Assembly (NCBI GenBank): GCA_964016885.1
Contig: OZ024740.1
Coordinates: 179,056,001 to 179,120,000, forward strand
Direction: 5' to 3'
DNA: 64,000 nt
Origin: Eledone cirrhosa
Lineage: Eukaryota
Shown: in pieces, positions 1 through 13,224 of the stretch
Position numbering within the stretch: the stretch's first letter is position 1
Layout: each line of letters begins with the position of its first letter
Position numbers and translations under genes: made by a program
Notes under the pieces: generated by a model
Told to the model about the DNA's origin: nothing
Database searches by the model: none
What the model saw: only the letters and a program-made list of their open reading frames with translations

Positions 1-1977
1 GACAACATAAGTTTGTGAACCACTTTTAAAGTATTTTCAATTTAAACAATTTACGAATTTACTTGCAACTTTTATCAGCAACACGCGGTATTTTTACAAT
101 TTGTATCGGTACAAGCGGTACTGTTGCAATTTTTATCGGTAACAAGTGTAATTATTATATCATTCTGCGCGGAAACTATTTTCGTTTTAATTATGTTTGT
201 GTGTCCTCTTCCGTATTTTCCTAAAATTGTTATTGCCGAACTGTCGTAACACTCTGTGGAATTATTATAATTGTCGTTGACTTTGCTTATTTAAACCATT
301 TATTTGTTTTTATTGTTGTTTTCCATCTTGTTGCAGAACTGATCATTGGTGCAATGCTCTCGTCGCTTAATTGTTTCTCTCGCTATTGATAGCACGTTTT
401 CAATTTTCAAAAATTCCCATTAATTAAATTTGATAATGTGCCAATTGTTTACAGAAACTAGAACGAGGTGAGTGCCAGAGAAAAGTGAATCTTTTAAACA
501 ATTCGGTGAAACATATGATTTAGCCCCACCCAACTCCCATTTCATCCCAAATTCAGTGGCACTTGTGGCTGCCCAGAGATATTGAAAAATGCGATGGTAA
601 CAGCAACATCGAAAAAGAAAAAGTGACACGACAAACTTGGCTTCTTCCAAAGATGGTGCATCTATCACCAACAGGTCAACATTACTATTCATCCTACCGG
701 GTCAATAATATAAAGTACCATTCAAGTAAAGAGATTGATATAATCAGCTGTCCCATTCTCACCAAATTTCTGACTTTGTGTCTATGTTAGAAACGATTAT
801 TGTTTTTAATTTGTAATTGTAATGTATCCTCATCCATTGTCCTTATGTCAAATAAAATAAAGTATTATTATTATTACAATTAATATCATCATCATTTTTC
901 TTTTTATATTTCAGAGGTGACAAAAAGTTCAGTGATTTTATTTTTTCACTATCCCTAATATTTCTATTTTTTGCAAGTGAATTTGTTATCCAGTTCCTTT
1001 GGTGCACAGAGTTCGTCGGCATCAAACATCCGAGATAACCTCTCTACTTGATGAGGTGAAAAACGAAATAATAAAATAAATTTGGGTAGCCAATCGTGAA
1101 ATTCAAAGAAACCAATAGAGCTAACAGTATTATTTGTTGAGCGTTTTAGTTCGGTACATGATTTTTACAGCATACCTGCAACAACATTTTTTTCAGTATT
1201 TAAGTAAAAATGTTTTATCTCAATGATAGACGCTAACAAATTTGTTATGGAGAAGCTTAGTCGACTGAATCAACTAAAGTTCAAATCATACTGGGGTCAA
1301 CTTTGCATTTCATCCTAACAGGAGTTGATAAAGAAAGTATTTGGCTGAATGCAAAAATAAGAATAATTTACAATGTTTTTATCGGCTATTCAGTACTAAC
1401 GTTTTATTTTATTTTTTTTCAAAGACATGTCAGAAGACGAAAACAAGTTATTCTGTAGTCAAAGATTTTGAGAGAATTCTGACAGCAAAGTAGATAGTGT
1501 AAAAGTCCCTCAAGAATCAGATGATAAGTTTAAGCAATTAAATGTTACAATGATTGTTCGACAACGAAATGACGGCAATCATACTAATAGGTTTTCATTT
1601 AATCGGTGCTTATTTCATCACTTTTATCCTCTTATGAAATTTTGTCTTGCAACAGTGAGGCAGCAATCTCTCTCTCTATTATATATATATATATTTAAAT
1701 ATCTAGCTATCATTACAGTTGAGGAAGTGGCAATGAAAATAGATTTTAAAACTCACTCCCATTTAATTTAGAAAAATATTCGGAAAATTGCAGCTATTGT
1801 AAGAATTAAGATTTAATTGAGTAAATGCAATATAAAAAATTCCATAATATGTGTAGCTCTATGAACATGTGTGTTTTCGAATTTAAATTCGAAAGTCTTA
1901 GCTATACATATAATTAAGGAGTTATATAAATACAATTAAGGAGTATGTATATATATACACACAAAAATTAGAGAATT

Positions 1978-2245
1978 CGGCTCACGACCGTAAGGTCGTG
2001 TGTTCGATTCCCGCTTGCACGTTGTGTCCTTAAGCAAGACACTTTACATCACATTGCTCCAGCTCACTCAGCTGGTAAAAATGAGGTGTTCCCGTAATTT
2101 GAAGGGTTAGCCTTTCAAATACTTTGTCACGCTGAATCCCCTTAGACCTACTTTAAGGATATACATATCTGTGAAATGCTCAGCCGTAACTTAATTTCTC
2201 GAGAAGGCTTCTGCGTTGATCGTACCAACTGTAACACATTCCATC
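1978..2245 (+). mobile_element. tRNA-derived SINE with CORE-like middle
   Basis: B-box-like GTTCGATTCC followed by TGTCCTTAAGCAAGACACTT. Related copies near 25190-25445 (+), 29230-29560 (-) and 48610-48760 (-). Confidence 0.7.
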
Positions 2246-2269
2246 GTAATTGACGGATGGCTACTTTCT

Positions 2270-2315
<46 letters not shown>

Positions 2316-3342
2316 ATATGTGTGTATGCATCAACACATACAATCATTATTTCATTACAAATAAAGAACACTGTAAAATATGATGCGTTAGCCATTTAGC
2401 CTGATGCCTTACCATTTCCACCAATTTTATGCTTAGTCGTATAAATAATTGAATAGTGGAGCAGCAATTTCATTTGTATATTTATTTATTCATTCATAAT
2501 TCAAAAGTCTTTTGAGGTTCTGATCTGGTACAGGAAAGGAATGTTAGTCAAATACAAAAAAGCGATTAATTTGTTACGAACTTTCAATGCATAGGCATTT
2601 TTCAGTAAAATTACTAAAGAATATTTTATTTATTCAAACTCAATAGTGGTTAGTGATTTTAAAATATGATTTTGGCATAACAAAACTTTTTTAAATTTTT
2701 AATTGCACACTGAGTAATTGACACCCTTGTCCACATACATTAAACATTTAAAAGGGTTGTTGCTTTTTCATATTTTATTTAATTATTCATATATTTTGTT
2801 TCCAAAAGCTCATATTCACTTAATGTAAATTTAAGTGCAATTTTCTGTTTTTCATTTAAGGGTAAAACTTTGATGTATGTCAATGAAGTGAGAAATTTCG
2901 AAAACAGGAAAGTTCTTTGTTAGGAAAACAATATATACACACGTATACATACACATCAAAACGTCAAGTGTTTCTGTGTGTGTGTTTGTGAAATCTCTTC
3001 AGTAACTAAACAACATGAGCTAATTAATGCATTAGAAAACAAAAACTTTTGTAACTATTGTTGTAAGGATATTATTGAATTTAATATATTTAAATTATGT
3101 AAATACTTATTTGTAGAGCATTATGTTCTTGCATATGTGTACTCGTATACATACATATATATATATAATAATAAAGTATATATCCCTACACGCAAAAAGC
3201 GTCCAGGGACACATGTATTGTCCAACCATATGCCAATGTGGTTCAATGGCAGGTTAATAAATTAACGAGCCAGTACATATATAATCAAGGTTTAGCAAAT
3301 AAGAAAAAGTTTCAAAATAAATTCACTGTACTCACTATGGTT

Positions 3343-3429
3343 ACCTTTACCGAATCGGTTTCGAGTTCCAAAAATAAATGGACAGTCCTTGCGGCCTTCC
3401 ATTGAAAAGATAAACTCTCGTCAGAAGGT
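3343..3429 (-). ncRNA. Type I hammerhead ribozyme, long stem II, intact core
   Basis: ACCUU-CUGACGA-GAGUU...AACUC-GAAA-CCG AUU CGG-UA/AAGGU, GUA cleavage triplet. Confidence 0.85.
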
Positions 3430-3873
3430 TCTTTTCACTCGGAGAATATAAAATTCCCGAGTTCAAATTACGAACTGGCGCTATTCAAAATTGTTCCCGA
3501 GATGAGAATGAATGATGTGGAAGCAATTCTGTCCAGTGCCGTGTGTAACGATAGAAGCAGAGGCAGGGAGGTCAGTCTACTACTATAAATAGCAGCAGTC
3601 AAAACGACCAAGGGGATAATAATAATAATAAAGTATATATCCCTACACGCAAAAAGCGTCCAGGTACACATGTATTGTCCAACCATATGCCAATGTGGTT
3701 CAATGGCAGGTTAATAAATTAATGAGCCAGAACATATATAATCAAGGTTTATCTTTACACACGGCACTGGACAGAATTGCTTCCACATCAGTCATTCTCA
3801 TCTTTGGAATAATTTTGAATAACGCCAGTTCGTAATTTGAACTCAGGAATTTTATATTCTCCGAGTGAAAAGA

Positions 3874-3960
3874 ACCTTCTGACGAGAGTTTATCTTTTCA
3901 AAGGAAGGCCACAAGGACTGTCCATTTATTTTTGAGACTCAAAACCGATTCGGTAAAGGT
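3874..3960 (+). ncRNA. Hammerhead ribozyme copy with GAAA>AAAA core mutation (probably inactive)
   Basis: Inverted copy of 3343-3429, reading CTC-AAAA-CCG at 3938-3947. Confidence 0.7.
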
Positions 3961-5323
3961 AACCATAGTGAGTACAGTGAATTTTTTGAAATTTATTTTG
4001 AAACTTTTTCTTATTTGCTAAACCTTGATTATATATATATATACATGTGTCTGTTCTTCGTCGTGATCGTTTTAGGTTGTAAACGTAAAATGTCTTCCAG
4101 AGTCTCTTATATCTTATCTAGACGAGACTTAGCAAAACTAAAAGATTAAATGTGTTACTAACTAACTCAATTTAAATGAATGATGCTGAAGAGTGAATTG
4201 AACCATGCACGAAACCTAAGACAGAGAAATGTCATGTGTTGGCATATACTTGAATAAACTATACTCAAACTTACCTGAGTTAAGCACTCCTGGTTTCATG
4301 TCACAATCAATGTGTACACCACATATACACTCATAAACACACACACACACACACACACATATATATCAATATTACTATATATTATAAATTGTTTCTACTT
4401 TTGGCACAAGGCCAAATATGTGTAACCATTTTTAGGGACTCTCTGTATTTATATATACACATACATACACAGTGTATGTGTATGAGATCTTGTAGTGTTT
4501 GTAGAGGGGGAGTCAGTATAGAATAGATCAAATAACGTGATAAATGCATGCATAATATCGTGCGTAACATCTGCACACAGCCAATTAATTGTACACAATG
4601 GATTAACAGAAAGAACCCATCGCCAACGTTGCACTATCAAGTTTAGTAACACCATTATCGTGAACGTTGAATATATATCAATAAGTTTACACATTTCACT
4701 AGCAATGCAAATAACTATTTTGAAAGGAATAATTTGATACATATATATAATTCAATACAACAAATATATCAGTCTATTATCTTCAGAAAAGAACTCAGCA
4801 AAGAACTGATACTGCTTTTGCAATTATTAGTAGAACAATAGATAACACGTTTAATCCTTTTTCTTTAAAAAAATTAAATAGATGGTTTTCTGTAATCATA
4901 ATTTTAGCATTGTCATGCGCTGCAAATTAGTTCCACAATTAAGTTGTATCTTTTCTCTTTTTTAACTCTGAATTTTAGAACTTTAGAACTGTACATATGT
5001 GTACAAGTTAAAAGAAATTATACACACACGTCTGCACACACGCACATTATGTATATATATGAAAGTTTCACCAGTTAGTCTGGAACTAGCTGTTGAAAGA
5101 GCAAGAACTCAGCCGTCGGGCTCCTGACTCTTGCATGTAACTCTACTATCCAAATTATCGAGTATTCTGGTGAGTAATGTTCTAACCAGTTTCTTACTGT
5201 ATCCATCTTGATTTATACACACACACACACACACACATATATTATATATATATAACCAAAAGTTTAACACTGCCAAGACTGGAATTGAACCATCAGCAGT
5301 TAAGGTATGTCAGGCATCAATTT

Positions 5324-5387
5324 ATTTTATCTGATGAGGACGTATTGATGAAATAGCTCAGTACCTCTGAAATATGTATAATAAAAT
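5324..5387 (+). ncRNA. Type I hammerhead ribozyme (family A), intact core
   Basis: AUUUUAU-CUGAUGA-GGACGUAUUGA...UCAGUACCUCU-GAAA-UAUGUA-UA/AUAAAAU. Lies in a roughly 190-bp unit between TA-rich tracts. Confidence 0.85.
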
Positions 5388-5796
5388 ATATTTGATCACA
5401 TGAATGTCTATATTTATTAATATCTTGAAGTAATATATATAAACATGCTAAACTAGAACATATATAAACCAGCTCACTGGAGAACATCCAAGAATCCTAT
5501 CCACAGCCAGGGCTAACACAGTGCTCAGACAGATGAATGAAAGCTGCTATATATTGAACATGAAGACACTTTTCAAGAGAAAGCAATAATGGAATAGTTA
5601 CAAGGCGGTAACAAATATTATGACATGTAGGATCTATTCCATTGGTATTTTGTACTAAGGTTGAGTTTATGACTCCAAACTGTTTTACTTTTCTTTTATT
5701 CACCTAAAACCGGTGGCCATGCAGTTAAGTCAAACATAATATACTCACCTTCCATATTATATGGTTGTTGCTGTTTACTTTTGTTTGGACACACAA

Positions 5797-6101
5797 CTAA
5801 TAGATATTATAAGAGCGCTATCTGTCCATCCATCCGTCACGTTCATTTGATATAGAGAGGGGGCGCGCCAAGCGAGAGATATGTATATAAATAGAGGTAA
5901 AAGGGAACGCTGTGTGTTTTCGAGGTGGCAGAAAGTTACATCACCCTCATCTATATAGAGAAAAGGAGAGCGCCAATCAAGAGATATGTACGTAAATAGA
6001 TATATAGTGAAAAGGGACGTCATTTGTTTAGAGTCTGTGTGAATATATATATATATACACATTCAATACTACAATGAATCCATAACACGGAGATACGCTA
6101 G
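5797..6101 (+). mobile_element. Possible non-autonomous Helitron-like element
   Basis: 5' ATATTATAAGAG..TCTGTCCATCCATCCGTCACG pattern, internal imperfect duplication of about 100 bp, 3' CACGG...GCTAG end. Confidence 0.35.
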
Positions 6102-9100
6102 GATATGCAATTTGTTCAGTGGATTTATTCAATTAGCTGTCTAAATGTTCAATCAACGTGTCCTAGTTGTAATATTGAATCTGATAGTTCATGGGATGAG
6201 TTTTAATAGGCTGAGTGGTCTACACCTCGAATATCTTTAATAATTTTATTATTGTTATATATAAAATGCATGCATACTCCCCCACCAATAATTTTATGCC
6301 ATACATTATATCTAGGCATATATACTTTAGCATACCTAAAACTCTTTTATTACCTACAACCCTCCCTCACTGATGCATTTTTTCCACCCCTCCCTACAAT
6401 CCTCTTTCTTCCAGTTGGTCTTTCCTTCTCAGACACAGGATTGTTTCTATCAGATTGACCAATATGTTTTCAGTGAAATTTCGTATGCAGAAAATGAATG
6501 GAAAACTCAGAGCTATTTTTGCTGTATTGATCAAATTCCTTTACATATACTTTTCAACCACATTAAATTAGTCTTTCCATGTAGGCATCCTTGGATAGAT
6601 TGTTACAGACCACTGTTATGGTCTGTAACAACCTATGCCCTAGAAATCAGGGGACCTCATCTCGCTCAGTTCGTCTTTCTTCTGGCATGGTTTCCATTGA
6701 ATGTCCTTAACTAAAGTCTAGTGTCTCGAGTCCGGCAACTCATCAATTCAGTTCTTATTCAGTTTATGTGGTATTAACTGAGGGTACATAACTTCCCACG
6801 ACACCAGTGTTAAATCCTCTGCTACTGCTGGTACTAATTTTCAACTGAATATACAGGAGCACACAGCGTATGCTGGAGAATACAACACAGTACCCAGTCC
6901 ATGAAACAAACTCACATTATACCACTAAGACATGTGCCTCCACTTTTAACGCTAGTAACTTTACAGTGAACTAGATTCATTTTATCGAGACACCAGCAAC
7001 AGATATATCCTCGAGATGACTGGAGAATCCTCTCTTTCGATGTTTCTACAGTTTGGGGACCTTTCATGTGTTAACACTAAGTATGTCACATCCTTGACAT
7101 CACTAGAGAGTCCTACCTGTTTTTAGTAAGGTTCAAATAGCTGGATGATCTTCCTACCAGTTTGCATTGAAATGCGTTACTTGTACTCATGAGGTTGAGG
7201 TTCTTAACATGACAGATGAGTCCTCTCCATTGTTAAGTTTCAAATGTTAACCACAAATATTTTTATGGAATGTACTAATTACATTTTATAGTGGCATTAG
7301 CACAATATTTATAAAACCACTCAGTAATACTGGGAACAATTTCGCGTTTGAACAAATAAAAGTGATATTTGATGCAGTAAAACAAAAAAAAAAAAAATTA
7401 AATTCATTAAAATTACAGCTTTAATGGTGAGCACAATCATTATCTAAATGACTAGCTCACATTAAAAAAAAAAAAAAAAAAAAAAATAACATTTTAATTA
7501 ATTAAATATGGAATGCAGTGGGAGGAAACTGAAGTTTTAATTAAACAGAATGCATTGAACAGTGAAAATTTATCATTTTACCCATTACAAAATATTGTGA
7601 AATCTAAAAAATCTTAAAAGCTTTTAGAAAAAATTAACTCAAAAATATTTAACATTAAGGTATACTTGAGATTGTAAGGACAAATCTGAGACAGAAAATT
7701 ACACAAACTCACTAAAAGAAAATAACACTATCAAATGGACATGGCATACAGATAAGAGAAAGAATTTGATCAGCTAAAATCATTTATTACAGCTGATGAA
7801 TTAGCTTTTTAAAAATATACATATACTAATATTTAGTGTAATGTGCATGATGTTACATATACTTCAATCCCAGAGCAATCAGGGTGAATAAGAAAAACAA
7901 AAATTGGAGAGGAGGAATTGGGAATGTGGTTAGAATGTCTCAGGAAAGAATCACTTGACAGATTTTATGGGCAAAACCAACCAACAGTAGACCCTGAGCA
8001 AGATGGTTGGATAACATGCCTAAGCATGACTGGTCACATTTGAGGATCCAGCCAGTTCAATTGGAGAAGGACGCTTCTGACACTACCCACTGGAAGGAAC
8101 GTTTGAAGACTCTGGTGCCCTCGCAACACCCCTAGGAATAAGTGGGTGAAGAAGAAATATCTTAGAATCATATGATGGATCAAACATGCAACTTAAATTG
8201 CTGAAGGGATCCTTTCAGCGGTCTTTTATTAACTCACCTGCATATGGAGCCAAAATTAGTTTGCTCTGGACTTCCATCACCCTGGCAATCAAGATCAATA
8301 CAAACTAAAACATTGCAACAAACTCAACTATACCTATCTCATTTACATATTCAGTTTTGAGCTTAACCCTTTAGCATTTAAACTGGCAGTATACAGCCAG
8401 AATTCTCTCCTCTCTTTCTGTTCACTCGTACCAACATTAAAATATTGTTCTAAAATTAAATTGATTTTTAAAATATTGTCAGTTTGGAAGCCTCTACAAT
8501 GCAGATGGGTAAATCTTCTGGCAACGAAATCCAGTGGCAATAGGAGTGGGAGAATGAAAAGGAAAACAAACGTAAATAAACTTTAAAGGCGTAAGGAGAA
8601 AAGAGGAAAAAGAATGGGAAGAATGTCAGAGTTTGTGTACCTTAAAAGATTAGTCCTTATATTTCGGATTCACATACCAACAGGGGTGGTCTCATCATCA
8701 TCACCGTTTTACGTCCATTCTTCCACGCTAGCATGGGTTAGACGGGTTGTCCTCTTGTGGGCAATGGCATGTCGGGTGACCTTGTCTTGCTCATACGGGA
8801 ACTGATTTTGGCTTGATTTCTACAGTTGAATGCCCTTCCGAACACCAACCTCATTTAGAGTGCTGGGTGCTTTTATCTGTGGTGCCTACACGACCACTTT
8901 ACAGTGTGGGCTGGGTGCTTTTTTGTCGTGACACCTCCACGACCACTTTGCAGTGGGAGGGGATGGGGGGCATCTTGTTTACATGCTTCAGCTTGTTCCC
9001 GTGGTTAGTCGGGTCTTCTGTATTACTGCGTGACACCAGAGGTCACGGTCCTGAGTCATCGCCTTTGCAATGTCGTTGAATGTTGCTGGTTGCAGGATTC

Positions 9101-9179
9101 TGTTTAAAATTGAAAGTTGTTCGTTGGACTGCATGTGTGGCTGTACGTCGTTTAAAATTTTTGAAAGATTGATTTTTTG

Positions 9180-9720
9180 TGTGTGCTTTTACATATGGCT
9201 TCTGAAAGTAGCGATAACGACTTTGAAGGTTTTCCTTAAAAAGACTTAATGAAGAAAAAAAAAAAATAAAAATAAAAATAAATAAATAACGCCGATTTGT
9301 CTTCGAATTCATCGAACATATATATTTCTGAATATTCATCCAATGGTGATCGTTATTCTGATAGTGAAAGTGAAGATTTCCAAAACACCATTGAAAATAT
9401 TAGTGACAAGAGTGAAGAACACAACACCAGTATATATTCAAGATTTCACTGAAAAAAATCTGGTCCACAACATACTGCCTCCCGATGCTCAAACACTGGA
9501 TTATTTCTCTTTGTTTTTGCAAGGCTTCCTAGAAATCGTGACAGAAGAGACAAATTGGTATACCCAACAGATTATTTCAAATCAGGGGAAATCTGATCTA
9601 TCATGGCATCTCAAGCATCTTTACCATAAATGTCTGGTAGGAGATTTCCAAGACTGAAATTACTGGAGTCCAGATATAAGGTGTATGCGAAAACCAGAAA
9701 TGTGTATTGATGTTCTGTAT
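9180..9720 (+). mobile_element. Degraded piggyBac transposase 5' fragment
   Basis: ORF 9343-9657 (LDYFSLF...EIVTEETNWY) resembles the PGBD N-terminus and the copies at 13.6 kb and 24.5 kb. Confidence 0.65.
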
Positions 9721-10937
9721 GTACACACCTGTTAATGAGCTTTTTTATTGGGCACATTCTGTCATGTAAATCTACTCAGTACATTGCCAATAGTATATTG
9801 ATTAGGAAAGAGTTTTACACGTTCTTTTTAATGAAAATATTTGCATGAAATGTAGAGGAAGAATAAAATATTGTACTGATTATACCTGCATTTTATTTAA
9901 TTCATCTGCTCGTGAAAAGTGGTAAAATTTGTTGTAAGTCAACATCTGGGTCATTGTTAGATAATTTTTGTAACAAAACTAAGTTAAGACACACAAAGTT
10001 AAAATTTTTATGCTTATCCATAAAGGCATTGCTTTTTCGTGTTAATTTCACCTAAATTGTTTCCTTTTTGTTTACATTAATGCATTCTGGGACACGACAA
10101 ACTCATTCTGCAGCTATGCTAGGGCACAACACTCCAAAAGTTTTAGTCAATCCAGATATTGTTTTATAAAAATGAGTTACATACATCCACAAATCTAATC
10201 CCCACCCCAACAAATTGCCAAGATCCCAGACCTCAATTGCTTTCCAAGTGAGGTGAAACTCGTCAGATTCGACCAAGGAAACAATCTTTCCATCGGTCTT
10301 TCCAATTGCTAATACAATCTACTGGTTGCAACTCCTCGTAGGAGCAGCATGAAATAAAGTGTCTTCTTCAAGGACATTATTCCACAAGGTATTTAGTTGC
10401 TGCATAGCCACACAACAAGTTTCTGCTGGTTCTACTGCTCAGTGAATTTCACTGAAATGACATTTGTCAAGCTCAGGTAATTATAGTAGATATTCGCCTC
10501 CTGGAACTACAACAGCCTCATCTCCAGCCATTACAGGAGATCCACTAATTATGAACAAACACATTTGCAGATCAAAACATTGAATACTGCACTAGTTTGA
10601 ATGTTCAACTGGTGTACAAGTGATGGCATTAGCTATCCTGTGTCCTCTGGTTATCACACTGCAATTGTTGCCTGATGTCATAGTTATGTGCTTCTTACAA
10701 ATACCCAATAAACTTTGAATATGTCTCACCGTTATCATGTTCAAAACCCAAAGTGGTCCTTAAAACATTCTATACTAATACCATTGTACAATAATTGCCA
10801 TTCCCAGCATCTGTTGTTCAGACACTGATGACATTCCATCTCTACCATCCTTCATGTAAAGTCAATATTACTGTAATCAACATCACTAACAGAAAGCCAG
10901 TCAATGTCAAGAAAATATAGTAACATATTTACTTTTA

Positions 10938-11256
10938 TCGAGGTTGACTTTGCCTTTCATCCTTACGGGGTCGATAAAATAAAGTACCAGTAATGCACTG
11001 GGTAATTGCTGGCCTTGTGCCTAAAGTAGAAACAATTATTATTATTATTATGAGGGCGGTGGATTGGCAGTATCGGTAGAGGGCCGGATGGCATGCTTTC
11101 CAGCATAGTTACGTCCCTTTGCGGTCCGAGTTCAAATCCCGCCGAGGTTAACTTTGCCTTTCATCCTTACGGGGTCGATAAAATAAAGTACCAGTAATGT
11201 ACTGGGTAATTTGATGGCCTTGTGCCAAAAGTAGAAACAATTATTATTATTATTAT
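10938..11256 (+). mobile_element. Tandem tRNA SINEs with Deu/Nin-type domain (one truncated, one full)
   Basis: tRNA-like head (TGGCAGTATCGG...GAGTTCAAATCC), GCCTTTCATCCTTACGGGGTCGATAAAATAAAGTACC core and (ATT)n tail. Confidence 0.85.
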
Positions 11257-11325
11257 GATGGGCGAGAGGATCCTTTTAACTCAAGCTGAATAAATGAGAG
11301 CTTCTCTTATGTTGCAGCTCTAAGG

Positions 11326-11360
<35 letters not shown>

Positions 11361-11937
11361 ACACACATTGTGATTAGCATTGGGTAGGGCAACTTGTCTA
11401 GTCTAAAACAATGACCTGTCCAACTGATGCGAGGATAGAAAACACTTAAATGATTAATATTATTATGATAATTATACATAAAAATAATCAAAAGTGAACC
11501 AGGGGTAGACCCCAAGCAAGATGGTTGGATGACATCCATGAGATCAGCTGGTCTTGCTTGGGGACCCAGCTGGATCAATTGAGATGGTTGTTTCTGACAG
11601 GACCTGCTGGAAGGAGTCTTTGAGAACTCTGCACCCATGACCTTCCCAAGAATAAGTAGCGAAGAAATAGATACATGAAAATACTGTGGAGTACTATTTA
11701 GTATTGCTAAGACTAATGTTAACCTTAGCAATCGATCTTGTTTAAAAGTAAGAGAGACTAGGTATATCTCAGTTAAAAATTAAAGAAACAATGGACAATA
11801 TATCTTTAAATTATTTTTGGGAGAATTGTTACTGAAATCAAAGACATCTGCAACAGAATCAGCAACAGTCAAATTTATTTACATAGAAATTAAAAAATAA
11901 AATAAAATAAGATTCATTTTTAAATTCCAGATTATTA

Positions 11938-12021
11938 TTAACTATGGATTTCATCAGGGGATGTAGCATCTTCAGACCCTTCTCTTTCTCCTGTTACACT
12001 TTCTGTTTCTCCCATGGCAGA
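11938..12021 (-). CDS. GMNN: Geminin last coding exon (SAMGETESVTGEREGSEDATSPDEIHS*)
   Basis: atttcag acceptor, phase 0, acidic tail as in geminins, TAA at 11938-11940. AATAAA about 60 nt downstream on the minus strand. Confidence 0.8.
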   Translation of the reverse strand, partial: SAMGETESVTGEREGSEDATSPDEIHS

Positions 12022-12024
12022 CTG

Positions 12025-12055
<31 letters not shown>

Positions 12056-13224
12056 GAAATATTTACATACAAAAAATTTGAACTAGTTAAAAACACACCA
12101 CACAAGATACATCATCAATTAAATAAAATTTAAACCAGCCCACAATCAGTGTCAATATCTTGAGTTGTGGTTACCAGATAAATTAGTAACAGAAACATTT
12201 AAAATATTTCAAAGAGAAATGTACTGCATCAAAAAGCAAAGATTTGGCATGATTACTAGTGTCAGAGAGAATGCCTCATGGTATTCATTCTAGCCATTTG
12301 TGTTAATTCAAATTTTACTGGCAACAAATTTGCATTTCACCTTTACAGAGTATACTCAGCTGAAAATGAGTACCAACAATAGATGGGGGTTTAACCATAT
12401 GATGGTTTTGTCCTGTCCAGAGGGGAGTCTTACTTTAAGTCATATAACGCCATGAAAACTGGGATAAACACTGGCCTGATGAGCCGCCAGGCTCGAGACA
12501 GTTTTTCGACTGTTACAGTGTGCCATAGTATTTTAGCCTAATTACATTAATTGTGCAAGTGTCTGGAGTACAACAGTAAACTTATCATTGAGAATGACAA
12601 AGAATCCTCTACATAGCTTGTTTTCCAATTCATTTTGAGAAATAGTTCAGAATTGGGCCTAGCTCAAGAGATTCATCATCGATTAACGTTTATCTCCCCA
12701 CTAACATGGGTTAGACAGGTTTGTCCCATTTAGAGGCAAGTTGGGTCGGAAGACCATGTCTCGCTCATATAGGAGTGTTTCTGGCTGGTTTTCTACAGCT
12801 GGATGCCCTTCCTAATGTCAATACCCGTCCAATTCTTACACAAAATTATGTAAATAAGATTTCAATAACATGTCTGGTAATGAAAAGATAAGCAATCTGA
12901 GGTTGATTGGCAGCAAAAACTATTGAAAACAACAATATACGAGTTCAAATAGATAAATGATTTTGACGTTTAAATATGGTGGATGACTGACCATATAGTC
13001 ATAAGTTCAGATCTTACTAAAAAAAAAAAAAAAAAAAAAAAATTCACCAACTTTGTGGCTAATAGACATGGCATTCAGCTTTGAAAGGAAATGTTTCTCT
13101 GGCTGGACTGAAAATTGTATTTGTGAATAACTATGAACAATGAATACTTCAGCAGTTAGTACAATGCATGGAACCAAGCATCTGAGAAGTCATTCACTGT
13201 TAGAAACAGCAAAATCTCCTTTAA

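Larger units (their letters stand above)
3165..4037 (-). mobile_element. ORF-less hammerhead-bearing retroelement with direct plus inverted repeat (A-B-C-A-rcB)
   Basis: 3165-3294 is directly repeated at about 3622-3751 (offset 457). 3277-3548 is inverted at 3755-4037. Flanked by (TA)n. Confidence 0.8.

Noticed and set aside
330-1620. Exon-like pieces on the + strand (acceptor/donor motifs, MSEDENK...)
   Set aside because: In-frame stops and no recognisable protein family. It may be a pseudogene but I cannot support that.
2570-2612. Hammerhead-like motif on the minus strand (CTGAAAA-ATGC CTAT GCAT-TGAAA)
   Set aside because: The core lacks G8 and stems I and III are poor. At best a decayed relic.
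11053-11145. tRNA gene
   Set aside because: The A/B boxes belong to a SINE head that continues into a SINE core and tail. No cloverleaf.
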